DNA from: Phoronis australis
Taxonomy: Eukaryota; Animalia; Phoronida
Direction: 5' to 3'
DNA: 64,000 bases
Assembly (NCBI GenBank): GCA_002633005.1
Contig: NMRA01000012.1
Span: 824,564 to 888,563, forward strand
The notes beneath the pieces were generated by a model. It saw only the letters and a program-made list of their open reading frames with translations. It searched no databases and was not told the origin of the DNA. Shown here piece by piece: positions 34,001 through 49,000 of this stretch. The first letter of the stretch is position 1. The number at the start of each line of letters is the position of its first letter. Position numbers and translations under genes: made by a program.

Positions 34001-37000
34001 ATCCAGTCATTGGTGGGGTATTTTTTAAGTTGTTGACTTTTTCAAAAAAGAAAATCCACCTGAGGCGAGCAAAAACGATGCAGTATTTGCTTTTCTTACT
34101 CGTTGCTTGGCAAATCATGCCGTTTCAAACCTTGATCACCCTGCTTATGTGCCTTTGTGCAGCTTTAAAAAAATCAAGACTTTGGCTGAAGTTGATGCGC
34201 GCGGCATTTTTAAAAAACTTTTGTTGGTTAATGGTTGGCACAAGTCACAAAACATGTCGGGGTAAAGACCAGAACTAACTATGCTGCCTGATTAACCGTT
34301 GGTTTTGTGTATTAATTTTCATTAAACATGTCATCTGATGGCCACTTCCGGTGCGTAATCTGAAAGTTAAATTGCGACGTTTTGCCGTGAAAAAGTCATT
34401 ATGATGTCATAACTTTTGTGGGATTTCATTGGTTTAGGCCATGTGCCATTGTAATACTTAACTGGACTTGACTTGTTCCTTACTTAGATTAGAAGTAGTT
34501 TCTGTACAGTTCGTTATTATTCAAGATAAAGTCCAACAACTTGGCTTGTGCCAGCTGTTCATTTTATGCGCTAAGCAAGATCTCAACCAACATCCAACTA
34601 TTACTTCTTCCCAAACCTGTGGCTGTTTCACGCAAAATTACTTTTCAGCCTTAAATGACTCACAAGCAAAATTTGTTAAGTTATGATTGAAATTTGGGAC
34701 AAGTTAAGACTGAAGAACAAAATTTGGAAAAAAGTTTCATAAATGCGAAGTTGGTTTTTGGTCATTGACCTTAATTAACTTTGATGAATACCACGATCAT
34801 CCATGATTGTTAAACTCTTAGTGGGCATTTATGTACAACATCAGGAGCCAAAAGTACAATTGCAATATTGGTTACCTGAGAAGGTAACGGTATTGCTGGA
34901 AAATATCATTTCAAGTAATTAGCAATGTTTTGTCTCTATGGTCCTCTGCCAGTTGCCGAATCAAAAGCAAACAGTATTCAATTTGTCGTTGTTTAAGGTG
35001 ATTAGATTGTAAAACATGGTGGAAAGTATTAACAAAATTTGTTCTCCAACAGGTTACAGGGATAAAAGTTTGTCATTTAAACCAAAATCCATTCTTGAAC
35101 CTTATCCATAGCAAGCTAATTTTCAGTGTTAACTTAGACTTGTTCTTGTGACATGCTGCTTCTAGAGTGCTCTCCCATGTTTATGACTGTGTTTTAGATT
35201 CAACACAACAAGCAGTACGTGTCCATGTTGGAGTCTGTGCTGAAGACTGACGGATTCTACTATTCAACCAGCTATGACATCACACACACTCTCCAGCGAT
35301 TACAAAATACCAGTCCTGAGTTCTTGCAGATTCCACTGCACGAACGTGTATGTATGATTTACTTGAACTTAGTGTGGAAAAACAACTCACAAACTTAATG
35401 TGCCAGTGCCATGCGGATGCTAACAAGCGAGTCATATATGACCCTCATCCAATGAATGCAACCATGTTGGAATAAAATACTTTTCTGTTCTTATTCATTT
35501 GATAAAAAGAGAGACATTTATCCTGTTGGTTTGCATTGAGTTGCCCTTAAAATGTGCTTGGTGAGTTGGTATAGTAACACCATAGAGTGACTGTTGTAGG
35601 CGGACCAGAGGTTTGTGTTCAACCACCATCTGCTACAGGAGCTTGCCCAGCAGTCGGAGCTGTCACAGTACTGCCTGCCCATTCTTCACGGCTGTATCCT
35701 TACACATTCATGCTCTTAGTGGTTTGGGCATCATTGATCAAAGACCGTATAATCTGTACAGTCTGGGGTGCCGTCCACACACAGCCTACCCTAGAACAAC
35801 TTGCACTAGTGCAAGTTATCCCACTTTTAAGTGGAGCGTCCACACACACATATCCGATAACTAGGGTAAGGCGGAAGTTGTTGCTCAGTGCATGACAATG
35901 AACAGGTTTGCGGCCACACAGGGATTAGAAGTGTCACAAGCTACCCTAGGACAAGTTACCCCACCTCGTTGTGGTGGAGTAAGTTGCACTATTTGAAATA
36001 GCGTCCACACTTCCTCCAAGCATAGCGAAAAGTCGTTCTAGGAGCAACTTGTTCTAGGATAAGTCGGTGTGTGGACGGCACTTAGAAAAGGTTATTTTGG
36101 CATGAGGAACCTAGTACCGGTAAAAATTGACCTTGGGATGGTGGTCCTCAGATAGTTGGAATTTACTAATGCAAACACAATAGCCCATTGAATTCAGTCC
36201 TGCTGCTTGGGCTACTTGGTCACCTATGTTATCCTTAAATGACACCTCTGTATATCACAACACTTTGTATATGTTGACTGTTGGCAGCCCAGCTAGCTCA
36301 CTATTGTGTTGGTAGGGAATGGGGTAATTAAAACTAGTTAACAAAGTTAATTGGCTTGAATTTTCATCTGTAGTAGGTAGGTCATGGGGTATGTCTCAAG
36401 TAGCTGTGAGAGTGCAGTTGAACAAACAAAGAAAAATCAGCCTTTGAATACAGCAAAAATTCAAGAACGGTCATGAAATTTTTCAAGTTTTTAGAGTCTG
36501 AAATATTGAATTTAGCTTCTTTTTGAAAGTAGCAAATATTTGTGAACATGTTTGTTGGTGTTGTGTGTGCTGCCCTACTTGAATATACGCATTCTGGTAG
36601 TTTTATTTTTAGGAGTACTTAATACTTTGTTACTTGGGATAGTCATGGATGGACTTTTTATAACTAGAAAGTCATCAGGGAATCCTTCTAATAAGCTATA
36701 TTCATAAATAATTTGTATATATGAAAAAAATGTGCAAGTAGATAACTTTTAAAGTAATGACATACCTCCAAGCTCACATAATCCACATTATGCTATGTTA
36801 TTCCTCAGCACCACGCCATGTTATTCCTCAGCACCACGCCATGTTATTCCTCAGCACCACGCCATGTTATTCCTCAGCACCACGCCATGTTACTTACGGG
36901 ACAAAATTCAGTGATTTCCACCTGATCTTGACTCTAAAATTTCAAAAACATTTAGCAACTTTCAAGCCACTGCATCTTCACATCATCGCTATAATTATGT

Positions 37001-40000
37001 TGTTATTCTAGCTCGTTTGGCTGAATAAACACCAAGATAATAAGTTAGCTTTCAAATTTCTCTTAACGTTCACAAAAAGCAAAGTTCAGTGTCATTCACT
37101 AGAGGCAGACATTTTATGATCTGTAATATGTAAACATTTTGCCTTTCACGTAATATTTATGTCTTTAACCAATCATCAGTCGTGGCAACCAAGTCATGTG
37201 CAGTTAAAGGCTGCTTGTTTAACTACGTCTTGATTTCACGGCGCAGCTGTTTCCGTGCGGGAACACGGTACTACATCAGGGGTTTGGACTCGGAGGGCCA
37301 TGCGGCTAACTTTGTAGAAACAGAACAGGTGGTCGAGTACGAAGGGAACAGATGTTCCTTTGTTCAGGTGCGTGACTGATCTTCACATTGATTTCTCATG
37401 TTGGTGGTATTCAGTGTCTATTGGGAATTTTTATTTATTGCCACTTTAAAAATTTTCAAAATTCAACCTTATCATGTACTGTATGCCCAGGAATTTGAAA
37501 CAGTTGGAAGTGCGTGTACTTAATTGCTTCTTGTTGCAAGTGAAACTAAACTTATGATGCATGATTTTGGAGTTCACTTAATAGTTTCCCCGTCGAAAAC
37601 TATTCATAGTGAGTTAATTTATGTTTCAGCCTATTGTGACTAGAGATTTACCATTTAAATCATGGGTGCAATTTGGAAGATACCATTATGGGACACAAAG
37701 TCAAATCATATCTGGGTGTGATGTCACACTGTTGCCAGTGATTAAGGGAAAATTCCTGGAACATATTTTCTTCATATATATTGGAAACTTTTTGTTTTGA
37801 TAAAATATAGGATTGAAAATTTAGTTTGGTATTTTGTTAGTGTCCATTTCTTATGATTGTGAAAGTTTTTGGGTTAAACCCTACGCATTTTGTCCAGGTA
37901 TGGGCCCAAAACATAATTTTAGAAATGCTTCCTTGATTATGCCCATTGGAGATACGGTCCGTATATTCCGCTGAATTTGTGCGTGGAAATTTTGGTACAT
38001 AAAATCTTACATGTGATTTTCTGTTTATCAATGACAGATGTTTGACAATATCCTGTGATCTTAATGGTGATTGGCTGTTTGACAATATTCCGCGTCATCT
38101 TATTGGTAATTGGCTGTTTGATAATATCCTTTGATCTTATTGGTGATTGGCTGTTTGGCAATATTCCGTTATCTTATTCATTGTTATCTGTTACCACATG
38201 AACTTGTATTCCTCTAATGTTGCAGACAAGGGGCTCCATTCCACTTTATTGGTCACAAAGACCAAATCTTAAATATAAACCAGTTCCCAAGATTCATGAC
38301 AATGAACACGTAAGTACATGTTGATTAACACACACTTAAAGTGACAATAATCCGGGGCTTTCTGTCAAAAACAACTTTTGATTTTGGCTACTCACTGTTA
38401 CGGTAGTCTTTTTCCATACTCTGTGTAGAAGTGATCGCTGGGCTCGGAAAAGACTTTCTCTTCTTTATTTCTTGACAACAAGGTCATAATAAAATTTCAG
38501 GTCAGTGTGTAAAGACATAACACATCCCATTAGTTCCAAGCGCACAGATTACACCAATTTTGCTATGGAACAATTTGAAACCAATTTCATAACCATGAGT
38601 GATGTAAATCTAGAGTTGAGTATTGGGTTTAATGCCATTTTAAATGCTGCCAAAAGTTTAAACTAAGATTACATTAAAAGGGCTGAATCCTGGTGTTTTG
38701 TATTGACTTGTTTAGAATTGAAATTGATTTTTAAGTTTTGGATTTTTTAAACACACACACGCGCACACATGCGCGCACACGCACGCGCGCACACACACAC
38801 ACACATACACACAGGTTGAGATTATATGCATTTGACTGCCAATGTTTCATGCATTTATAGGGACTACATTTATAGGGACTACATTTATAGGGACTACATT
38901 TATACGGACTACATTTATAGGGACTACATTTATAGGGACTACATTTATAGGGACTACATTTGTNTAACACATCCCATTAGTTCCAAGCGCACAGATTACA
39001 CCAATTTTGCTATGGAACAATTTGAAACCAATTTCATAACCATGAGTGATGTAAATCTAGAGTTGAGTATTGGGTTTAATGCCATTTTAAATGCTGCCAA
39101 AAGTTTAAACTAAGATTACATTAAAAGGGCTGAATCCTGGTGTTTTGTATTGACTTGTTTAGAATTGAAATTGATTTTTAAGTTTTGGATTTTTTAAACA
39201 CACACACGCGCACACATGCGCGCACACGCACGCGCACACACACACACACACATACACACAGGTTGAGATTATATGCATTTGACTGCCAATGTTTCATGCA
39301 TTTATAGGGACTACATTTATAGGGACTACATTTATAGGGACTACATTTATACGGACTACATTTATAGGGACTACATTTATAGGAACTACATTTATAGGGA
39401 CTACATTTGTACGGACTACATTTATAGGGACTACATTTTTCACAATTGTTGTTAGAGAAATGCCGCTGCAGGGATTTTTGTACATGGAATCAAAGATCAT
39501 GATTTGTTTCGATGTATAACGTACACAAATCATTGCGATTTAATTGAATTTCAACCATTTTATTCGCCAAGCTTGAGTCCAGCAAGTTTTACTTGTCAAA
39601 TGTCAAATGAGAAAAGGGTTGATTAGGATTCTCTCGTCAGTGCTGCTTCTTTAAGATAAGTGGATCATTTTGAATTCAATAAAAAGCTTTACCTAGTGGG
39701 GCTTGTTCACTCTTGTTAACTTTAAAACTAATGTTAAAGACTCACGCAGCGCTAGTTAGGTCAAGCCAAAAGCAAACTGTAATAAATCAAGTTGGCGGTG
39801 GCAAATCTTCCCGTTTAAGCAAATAGTGAATTTCATGTGTTACATGTGTAACTAAGAACACTCAGTACTCATACTGAAATACTTAACCAAAGGGTTTCAC
39901 ACCAAAACATGAACCAAAACAATGGTTGTCAAAAGGGGTATTGCATGGGCCTTTAATTGAAATTTTTTTTTTGTTTCTTTCAGTTACAAGGTTTTAGCAC

Positions 40001-43000
40001 TCACTTCACAAGTCAGATTTTCAGCTACGGAAAGCAAGTGCTTATTAATTTGGTACGTCCATGACAGGTTATATTTGAAGACCATAGTCCAATATATATT
40101 CTCTGTGTTTATGTTGTTTTATTTTGTGCTAAAAGTGTCATTAGGATAGTGATGATTATGTTACTGGATGTCAACGAGAGCAGATTAGATTAGATTGCAC
40201 TAAGTATATATCAGTCTCGCAATTCTTCAACAGAAAGGCTTGCACATTTTAAAGAAATGGATAATGTTTAAAGTGGTGTGTAAGTCAATCTTACTGTGTA
40301 ATTGATTGCAGCAGTCTGTGGATATTTGTTTAATTGACATCTGAGTGAAATTGAATGTTACAGGTTGATCAAAAGGGTGTGGAAGATCGACTAGAAAAGG
40401 CTTTTCATTCCATCGTGAACGACTCTCAAAATGACTACATCAAGTCTGTATAATTTTTAAGTGAATTCAAAATAAACTCAAACGTAGTTTTAAATATCAT
40501 CAAGACAATTTTAAAGTATAATCATATTATTAAAGTATAAGTATAATTTTTTAAGACTAAAAACAACAGATTTTTTCACTGGATATTGAATTTCAGAAAG
40601 TGTAGGCATAACTATTGCTACACATGGTGAGTGCCATGAGTGGTGACTATGAGAGCTGAGACCACTTAATTCATAACTAGTCTTATTAGAGCCGGTCATG
40701 TCAGCTGGGCTACTGTGAGACTTTGCCAGATCCACCCAATTTGATTGGCTATCACTACCCCGATAGCTGGTCATTGGGAGATAGAGCTGTTCTTTCATGC
40801 TTTCTCTATACTCTGTTAATTTTAAAAAAGTTTCTGTTTATCCAAGTGAAAATTAACAAGCCTGTGGTGCTGTTTTACTGCAAGTAAATTGCCGTGTGGA
40901 AAGTTGAGCTTTTGTTATCGCGGCATAATGTAGCTAAAAGCAATTTGACCAATTGTGTCTTCCAGAATATGTTTACTTACTTCACGCAGTCTAGTCATGA
41001 AAGCTTTTGTCTACATTGCGAATGAAACCTCAAATGATTTCATTTCGTCTTTTAATTAAAGAGGCATTCATGGTGAGAAAAGTAATTTTACAGAAATTAG
41101 CAGTTGCCCGGAATTTATTCCATTAGCTCTCCCTCTCTCTCATAGGAGCAGCTGGATGCTCTTGTACTCAGCCAAATCCCACATGATAAATTGCAGAATA
41201 CTGTAAGCATAATATTTATATGGTAAAAACAATGACCTTTACTTTAGTAAGTGTCTGGCAGACAATGGTGAGAATTGATAATTTGTAATAAAATCACTCA
41301 AACACAACTGTTTTTCTTCTTTGATAGCTCTGCTCAAAACTAATAATTGCATCAAAGCTATCCCACTAACAATAATTCCAGAAAATGAGTTTTTTAGCCG
41401 TAGAACTGATAATGTGCCTTTAATAAAAATTGTTATATTCTCAGGTATGTTGCCTTTGATTTCCACAAGGAATGTAGTAAAATGAGATGGCATAGGCTGT
41501 CACTTCTGATGGACCAACTAGCAAGTGACCAGGAAACATTCGGGTAAGTTGGAGTCGTTTTTAGGACTGGTTCAACCCTTTGTTTCTTTTTCCATTCTAT
41601 CATACATCACTTGATAACGTGCACACATTATGTATTCTTAATACCGACTTATAATAATGTTTCTAAGTTATCAAAGTTTGATCAGTATTCAGTTTTTGGA
41701 CGTGTTATCCTTTCAGCAAAAAGGTGTTATAGTTTGCAGATGTTTAATCAAAAATAACCCATAAATTTGCCCAAAATGCTATCTTTGTTGTCTTTAGTTC
41801 TGCGTATTTGCCGTAAACCGGAGCATATTGGCCAGAAGCTGTGTCCTTTGAGATTGTTTCAGCCGTCATGTTCACGTGTGCCTGATGTGAAAGATTTCAT
41901 ACAAAGTCACATATTTGGTTTCAGCTATTTCATGATTTTGCGTGACAAATCTGTACTCTGTCAACAAGACGGTGTCTTCAGGACCAACTGCATGGACTGC
42001 TTAGATCGTACAAATGTTGTTCAAAGTCTTCTGGCGAGAAGAAGTCTACAAAACCAGTTAGAGGTAGGCTATCTTTATTTTGTTTTTAGCTCCCCCTCCC
42101 ATTAGCGAAGGTAGTATTACCATGATATGAACTATGATGAGTCATTTGCTGCCACTGATGTTTTGTGGCCTCTTGGTGATGTGATTGTGGCTCCACATAG
42201 TGGCCATTCCATGAACTGTACAGACAATGATTATGAATTGTAAATTTTTTAAAATGATTTTGTTTTGAGATAAAGTTCAAGTTGAGTCAGCATAAGCTGT
42301 TAACTTTTGAAAGAATACTCAACACTGTTTCAACCATTTGACAGCCATTAACTCTGTCTTGTTGCTTAAAATCTTTGAAATGATACAGTGCTGTGTAACC
42401 CTTGTCAGCTGTCAGAAAATTTGAAGAAAAATTGAAAACTTACAAAATCTGCTATATTGGCAAGCTTGATTTATTTAAAGTTTTGTGCATGTCGATGGAT
42501 GTGGGCAATGGTGGACTGGCTCAAACTACAAGATCAGCTTTCCGATTCAGTGAATATGAATATGAATGTTGAATGATTTTTTATCTTTTGTGGGAATCAC
42601 TGATGATGTAGCAGTTGTTAGTGAAATCACTGTAAACATGGTCTTGCATCTTTTGATTCTGATTGGATATTTCAGTCCTACAATGCTGTGTTGCTTTCAA
42701 CAAGTAGGCAACGGTTAGGTCAAAGTGCATACGTTAATAATTCTTCAATTTGGGTCAGTCTCTAAAATTTGGTACACCAACATTCCAGCAGAAACTGAAT
42801 TTTCTTGATTCTGAAGATTAGTACATGGGCAATTTTCATGTTCATCTCCTTTCTTCAGGTGTACAGCTATGTTTCGACACTACGAGCGACTCTGTATCAA
42901 GTTTTCAAACAAAAAAATTAGTCATGTTTTGAATGAAGTTTGTGTTAATGAAGTGCTGCTACCAAACTACAGTGTCCCAAATTGGAGAATTTTGTGCGTT

Positions 43001-46000
43001 GTTGATTCTGGTCTGTGTTTTTTAAATCGATCCAGTGGTGTTGTGTTTTTTAGTTGCTCACTTTTTCAAAATAGAAAACTCACCTGAGACGAGCAAAAAT
43101 GATTAATTTTTTACTCATCGCTTGTCAAATTGTGGCGTTTCAAGTATTGTTGATGTGTCTTTTTCAACTTTTCAAAAAAAACCCCGCAACCTTGGCCGAA
43201 ACCGATATGGGCAGAATTGTTTTTAGATTGTGGGCGCAGGTCTCAAAATGGCTGGGAGTAAAGACCAGAACTGACACTGCTTTTTTTGGTCTTGAAGAAA
43301 CATTCTTCTGTGTTAGCTTCTATTCCCCAGGCGTGCGTCAACCATAGAATTTGACATAAAATGCCCAGCACAAGGCTCACATCTTGCATTCACTTCGAAT
43401 CCCTTCTGCTCCCCACTGAACACAGTCTGTGCAGGTCATTTGCATTAGCTCTATGGAAGTGAAGGCAGAACCGAGATGTGGGACTTTCACTCCAGGTTGT
43501 TCATGACAAGTTGTATTGTTGCATGGTTAGTAAATTCACTAAAGGGAAAAAGTTCATCTTCAAGTGATATGTAGTTTTAGTAAATATACTGTAACATCGA
43601 CATCAGTTGCTTTCTTCTGTAAATTGGTTTTGAACAATTATTTGTGTTTCAGAGGCTCAATTTACTGCAGTACGGAGAACGAGTGGAGGATCAGACAGAT
43701 TTCGAAACTATTTTCAAAAATGGTATGTGCTTGGCCTGATTTACTCACCTTCAAGAGCAAGATGGCCTTTTTGTATCTCATTAATTTTGGGTTTGACATT
43801 AGCTATCCAAATTATATGTGCCGCTCATTTGCAGTTGATTAGTCAGTTCATGTTTAAGAACATTATGGTCCGTACGAACTGCATCTGCTCTAGTTTAGAG
43901 TGATAAAAAATCAAAACTACTCCATTTGCCTCCACAAAATTGAAATTAGCCAGGAAATAGTCTTCGCTTTCTTTCCGAAGCATGTATGAGTATGAAATTC
44001 ATTTGGCTGGCCAATCCACCCAAAAGTTGACCGCTTCAATGCAGAATTTGAAAACAAATGAATGTTGAAAGTGAAGCAAGGGACCCTCCCTCAGACATGA
44101 ATCCATTCAGGTAAGTCTGGTGGGTCCCTTATCTCATGAGTGCCCCCATGCTGATGAGCTGCCTTCTGCTCTCAATTCATTCGGGGGTCAGAAAGGAACA
44201 TTTGTTAGCACCGCCTAGTGGACATTCAGTCATTCATTCAGTAATATTCCTGACCAGTTTTGAACCTGTGCCCTTTGGGAGCACCCGATGATAAAAAGTG
44301 GGCATTTTTTCAAAACGTGCCCAGCAGACTTACTAGTAGTGCAATTGAAGTGGTAACAGAAACCCCAAGGGCAATTGAAATGACAACTGAGTCATGTTTG
44401 ACCTGACTGGCTGTAAGGTGACGAAAATCTTGCATTTTTGGAAGTGTTGCAATGTACGTGCGCCTTTTAATTTTTTATGCACTTATGCCGCAGAAGTGCA
44501 GCCCAGGAATATCCCTGTTCATTCAATGGCAGGTTATCTCTCAATTCCTGTCAATGCTATCATGGCACAGACACTTTTAATCCAATTTTATGTGCTTAGA
44601 TTGTATATTTTTTGTGTTTAAGTAATCACAAACATTTTTAAGTCTGGTCTGCATGCCACCTGTTGGCCACATCAGTAGTAAGAAATGGAAAGGATGTGAA
44701 TATTTAAAGCAGGTGTAATCCATCCAAGAACCCAACTTAATATAAAGTTGATCTCAGCTTGTTGCATACTCAGATGAGAAGTGTTTTCCGTGTTAGCAAA
44801 GAACTTGCAGTTTGTTACCTTTTGAGAACACGCCCGGGGCGTTAAATGGAACTAGTTCTCAAAACCTGAGATCCCTGTATGTGACTATTAGCTGGAACTA
44901 GTTACTTAGGGGGTCTCGGATTTATAATAAATGGATTTGTCAGTTGTTGTTATTAACTTTCATTCCAGTGTGGGCTGACAACGCCAATGCTGTATCTCTG
45001 CAGTACGCTGGCACCGGAGCTCTGAAAACAGATTTTACCAGGTAATTGGCTTTGCATGACAGATCAACACAGACGGAAGGGAATTTCACAGTTTTTATGC
45101 TTTGACATTTAGTTGTTCTACAGCTTCCAACCCGCACCTTTCTCTCTAGCTACAAAATATCTGAAACAATGATTGCAAATTTGACAAGTGAGGTTTCTAA
45201 CAAGGAGAGGATGGCTCATTTTGATTTTTGACCATTCTGACTATTGCTGTGCCCCCTGAATTTTATGGTTTGCATCTTTTTGTTTACTAAAAGTCCTTCA
45301 GGGATCTTCATAAAACTTAGTAGCTGGGTTTCTATCAAGGAGAAGATCTACTCTTGCCAGTTCTAACTCAAAGACGATGCTGGTTTCTGTAGTACTGTTC
45401 AATGAAATTCAAGCTGAAATGAGATTTTTGGATTCGGAATATTGGAACATGGGTGATTTTGGCATGCCTCATATTTCTCAATTATGTTAAACTGCCAACA
45501 AAGTCTGATAGTAGACTTGGCAATTCATATTATTGTCGAAAATTGCCACCTTGAATTTTTGGATGTCAAATATTGCCTATTTCTAAAATTTAGTGCAAGC
45601 TCAGAACTTGAGCTAAATAAAACAAAATTGTTACTATACCAAACCAAAGAATTTCTACCGTAAATCAGCACTGACTTGATTATTCAAGTAAGTATTTTTA
45701 TTATGCAATGTTACTTAAGGAAGGAAAAATATATGCTGAAAATTATCGTCCTAAATTCTATGACTGACATACATCTGGGACATACACATCGTGTAAGCGC
45801 ATGTCTTCATCATTCTGTTACTTCTTAACAAGGCCAAAACTGTTGGCTTTCAAAACTGGGACAAAATGCAGGTTCCTTTAAAAAACGAGTTTGTTGTAGC
45901 ATAGAATAGGAGTCACTGGATGACTAGGAGCTTGGTGAATGTCTGCTTTAACAATACAGCCATTTTGTCCACTGTAACTCAAAATTAGTTCTATGAGTTT

Positions 46001-49000
46001 CCACATTCGAAAACATTTTGCAAATAAGCTAAGAAGCAAAATACGTATAGGTGGTATCCCAAATAGTGAGGTAATAATTGCATAAATAGGGGTTTAATTT
46101 TGCTTTCAGAGATAGGCTCTAGTCACAAGACAAATATGTTGAACAAATTAATGGTTTAAGCAAGTTTGCAATGCTCTGCTGTCGGGGTTGTTAATACTCA
46201 GAAGGGATTATAAAAGAATCGCCATCTGTTCTATTCAAGTTACCATTGCAAATATTCGCAGCCTGCTATTTAATGATTCCGCTTAAAAAGCCACGGCAAA
46301 GAGTCCTCTTTTAAGTGTCTTAAGCATGCCCTTTAACCAGCATGCCCTTTAACCCCATGTTGTATGCAAATTATTTCCATTCAACTTTGCTAGTCAGTAG
46401 ACTCTCAGAATGTTCCAAAGCACTTATCTAAATAAAATTTACAGTAGGCTCATTGATTCAAAATGGTGCCACTTGGTCTGGATTGATTGTCAAAAATACT
46501 GATTTGCTGGTAAGTGTTGCCAATGATCTACATAGATGGACATGTTTCAAGATGAATAGTACACACATTATCGTTTACTTCACTCGGTATTGCACATGTA
46601 ATTTTTTACGATTTTTGGACCTCAAAGTTCCTACCTGTAGCCCTGTGTCTGTAACTACTCATTTAGAGTTGTTTGGTGGTATTTATTTTAAGGACTGGAA
46701 AAAGAACAAAGTTTGGCCTCGTGATGGACGGTGTAAACTCTGCCATACGATATTACAAGAATAACTTCAGTGATGGATTTCGCCAGGTTGGTAAATACTT
46801 GTGGGCAGTCATTAGGAGATTAGTATTTAAATTGTGACAGATTAATATTCATGGATCTCTTGAAGGCTTTTGATACCATAAAGTGTGACTCTACATTTCA
46901 AATTAAATCCCAGTGATCAGTGCTTTCTTTTAAATTGAGCAATGCGTATATATTTCAGGATTCCATTGACCTGTTTCTTGGAAATTATGTTGTGGATGAA
47001 AATGAGGGCTCTTCCATTGTGTGTCCACTACGTGTTCAAAGAGACTGGAAGTTTTATGCGGTATGTGTATTAGTTATAAGCCTGCCAGTTTCTTGACATT
47101 TCAACCCTGGTTATAAATTGTCTGAGGCATCAGTATTGCTGAAAGCTGAGAAGAAGTTCCAACAATAGTGTCTTCAGAAGATGAAGTCTTAAATTTTTAA
47201 CGAAAGGTCATAATATGGAAGCATCGCATTTCTGTTGTAATGAAACCATCGAGTTTTTATTTGTGGATGGACATCATTCACCCAGATGAATAAATAGATG
47301 TGGAAATCACAACTTCTGCAACTTAAATTTATAATTACATTTTATCCATGATCGTAGAAGGTGGATATTATAGATGTTGACCGAAATTCATACTTTTTAA
47401 GCAGACATCACATAAAGCCTTATTTGCACATTTCAGATGCCAACCATCTGCCTGGTGGCGTTCTCCATGTTTACGATATGTCTATTAATGCCTGATGGTG
47501 AGTCACTAGTGTTGGTTACAAATGTTGTGTAGTTTTTTATAGTCCAGTCATTCTAGGGCTCCAGAGGGCCCAACCTAGAAAAAATTGCAACAGAAGGTAA
47601 ACCTTTTTGAATTTTTACTCTATCACATTCCATTCTCGAGTTATAGTGAGCATCAGAAAATGTGGCGGCCATTTTGTCCGCCATCTTGAAAAACCAACTT
47701 CCGCTTCTCCGAATCCGGTAGACTTTCTTTTTCCCACTGAGGGGTGTGAAAGGATATGATTTATGCAATAAAACCTTCTGTTGCAATTTTTTCCGGGTTA
47801 TCCGTAGAATGACTAGACTATTAAACGAGTTGTGAAGTCATGACTTGTTATGCAGTCATGGCATAATCAGAGCAAGTGTGAGCAGTTGTATATGCAAATG
47901 TAAAATATCTATTACCCTTATGTTTCTGGCTAAACTGTCACTTCATCAATGCTTATCAGAGACTGGCTGCACAGAATAATGTATGCTATCTGAGACATGG
48001 AGTGCTAAATCCAGTGGTGACACTGCTCAACCCATACTTCATTTCCTGTACCATCAAATCCTATGATAACAAAACCTGAATTGGATGGCTGGCCATCAAG
48101 GGCTGCGAATAAAACCTTGTGGCCAGATGAAACATTTTGATTTCAGTTGACTGCTTGATAAACTACATGTAGGTACATGTACAGGCATTGGCAAATACTA
48201 AAACTGCCAGATTGTAAAACAAGGCATGACTTTCGACAAACAAACAACCAGTTGAAGGATATTTATGTTTGTTGTTAATAATTAGTAATGTTTTTTTATT
48301 TAGTAAGAAACATCGCCAGATGCTTTGTTTCTGGAAATCAAGATACCAGTTCGGGATGCAGATCAAAAGCTCGTCATTTACACTCCACATGGCATACTAA
48401 TTACTTATTGCCTACTTAAAATATAGTGTAATTTTTAATGTCATCCCTCATTTTTCATCAAGACAAAGAAACATCAAACATCAAACAGCTTTGTACCACG
48501 CTAGTCTCCTCAAATAGTGGACGACAGTTTCTCAACTGAGTAGGTGAAAGTAGAAATTTTGACACTTCCAGTACCGAAATTACATTGAAGTGGAGGAATA
48601 GGCAGAAATGTTGTCTTAGGGCCTGAGAATGATCGCCTTCACAAGCCACGTCAATGGACTGTGTACAAATGAAAATCATAGTTACAACGTCTTTAGTAGC
48701 TAAAGCCTGACTTACAACATTTGTTAAAAGGGTCCCTGGTCTTTAATAGGCATTGTACAGTCATTGACTACTGAATGATTGTACAGACTAAGAAGGTCAT
48801 AGATTTTTTGATTTTTAGGTGCTGTGATGTGATTTAGCAGTGCAGTCACTGGACATTCCGTGCTGTCCTTGCAGTATAGGCTCTACTGTGTTATCATGTT
48901 AACTTGGAGGAAATTTTTATCTAAAATGTATCTACGCCCAATGCTTATTTTGTGGATTAGGTGGTTATTTTAAGGCTTGAGCAGTTAATGTTTTGTTACC

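Larger units (their letters stand above)
35694..37179 (+). other. SACM1L: U12-type (minor spliceosome) GT-AG intron of SAC1
   Basis: 5' site GTATCCTTAC; branch TCTTTAAC at 37162-37169, 10 nt before the intron end; no polypyrimidine tract. Confidence 0.85.

Noticed and set aside
38518-39533. Repetitive ORFs (YRDYI, CSPYK, GTTFI) and 447-bp duplication
   Set aside because: Translations of an intronic 15-bp minisatellite; duplication abuts a single N and is most likely an assembly overlap.
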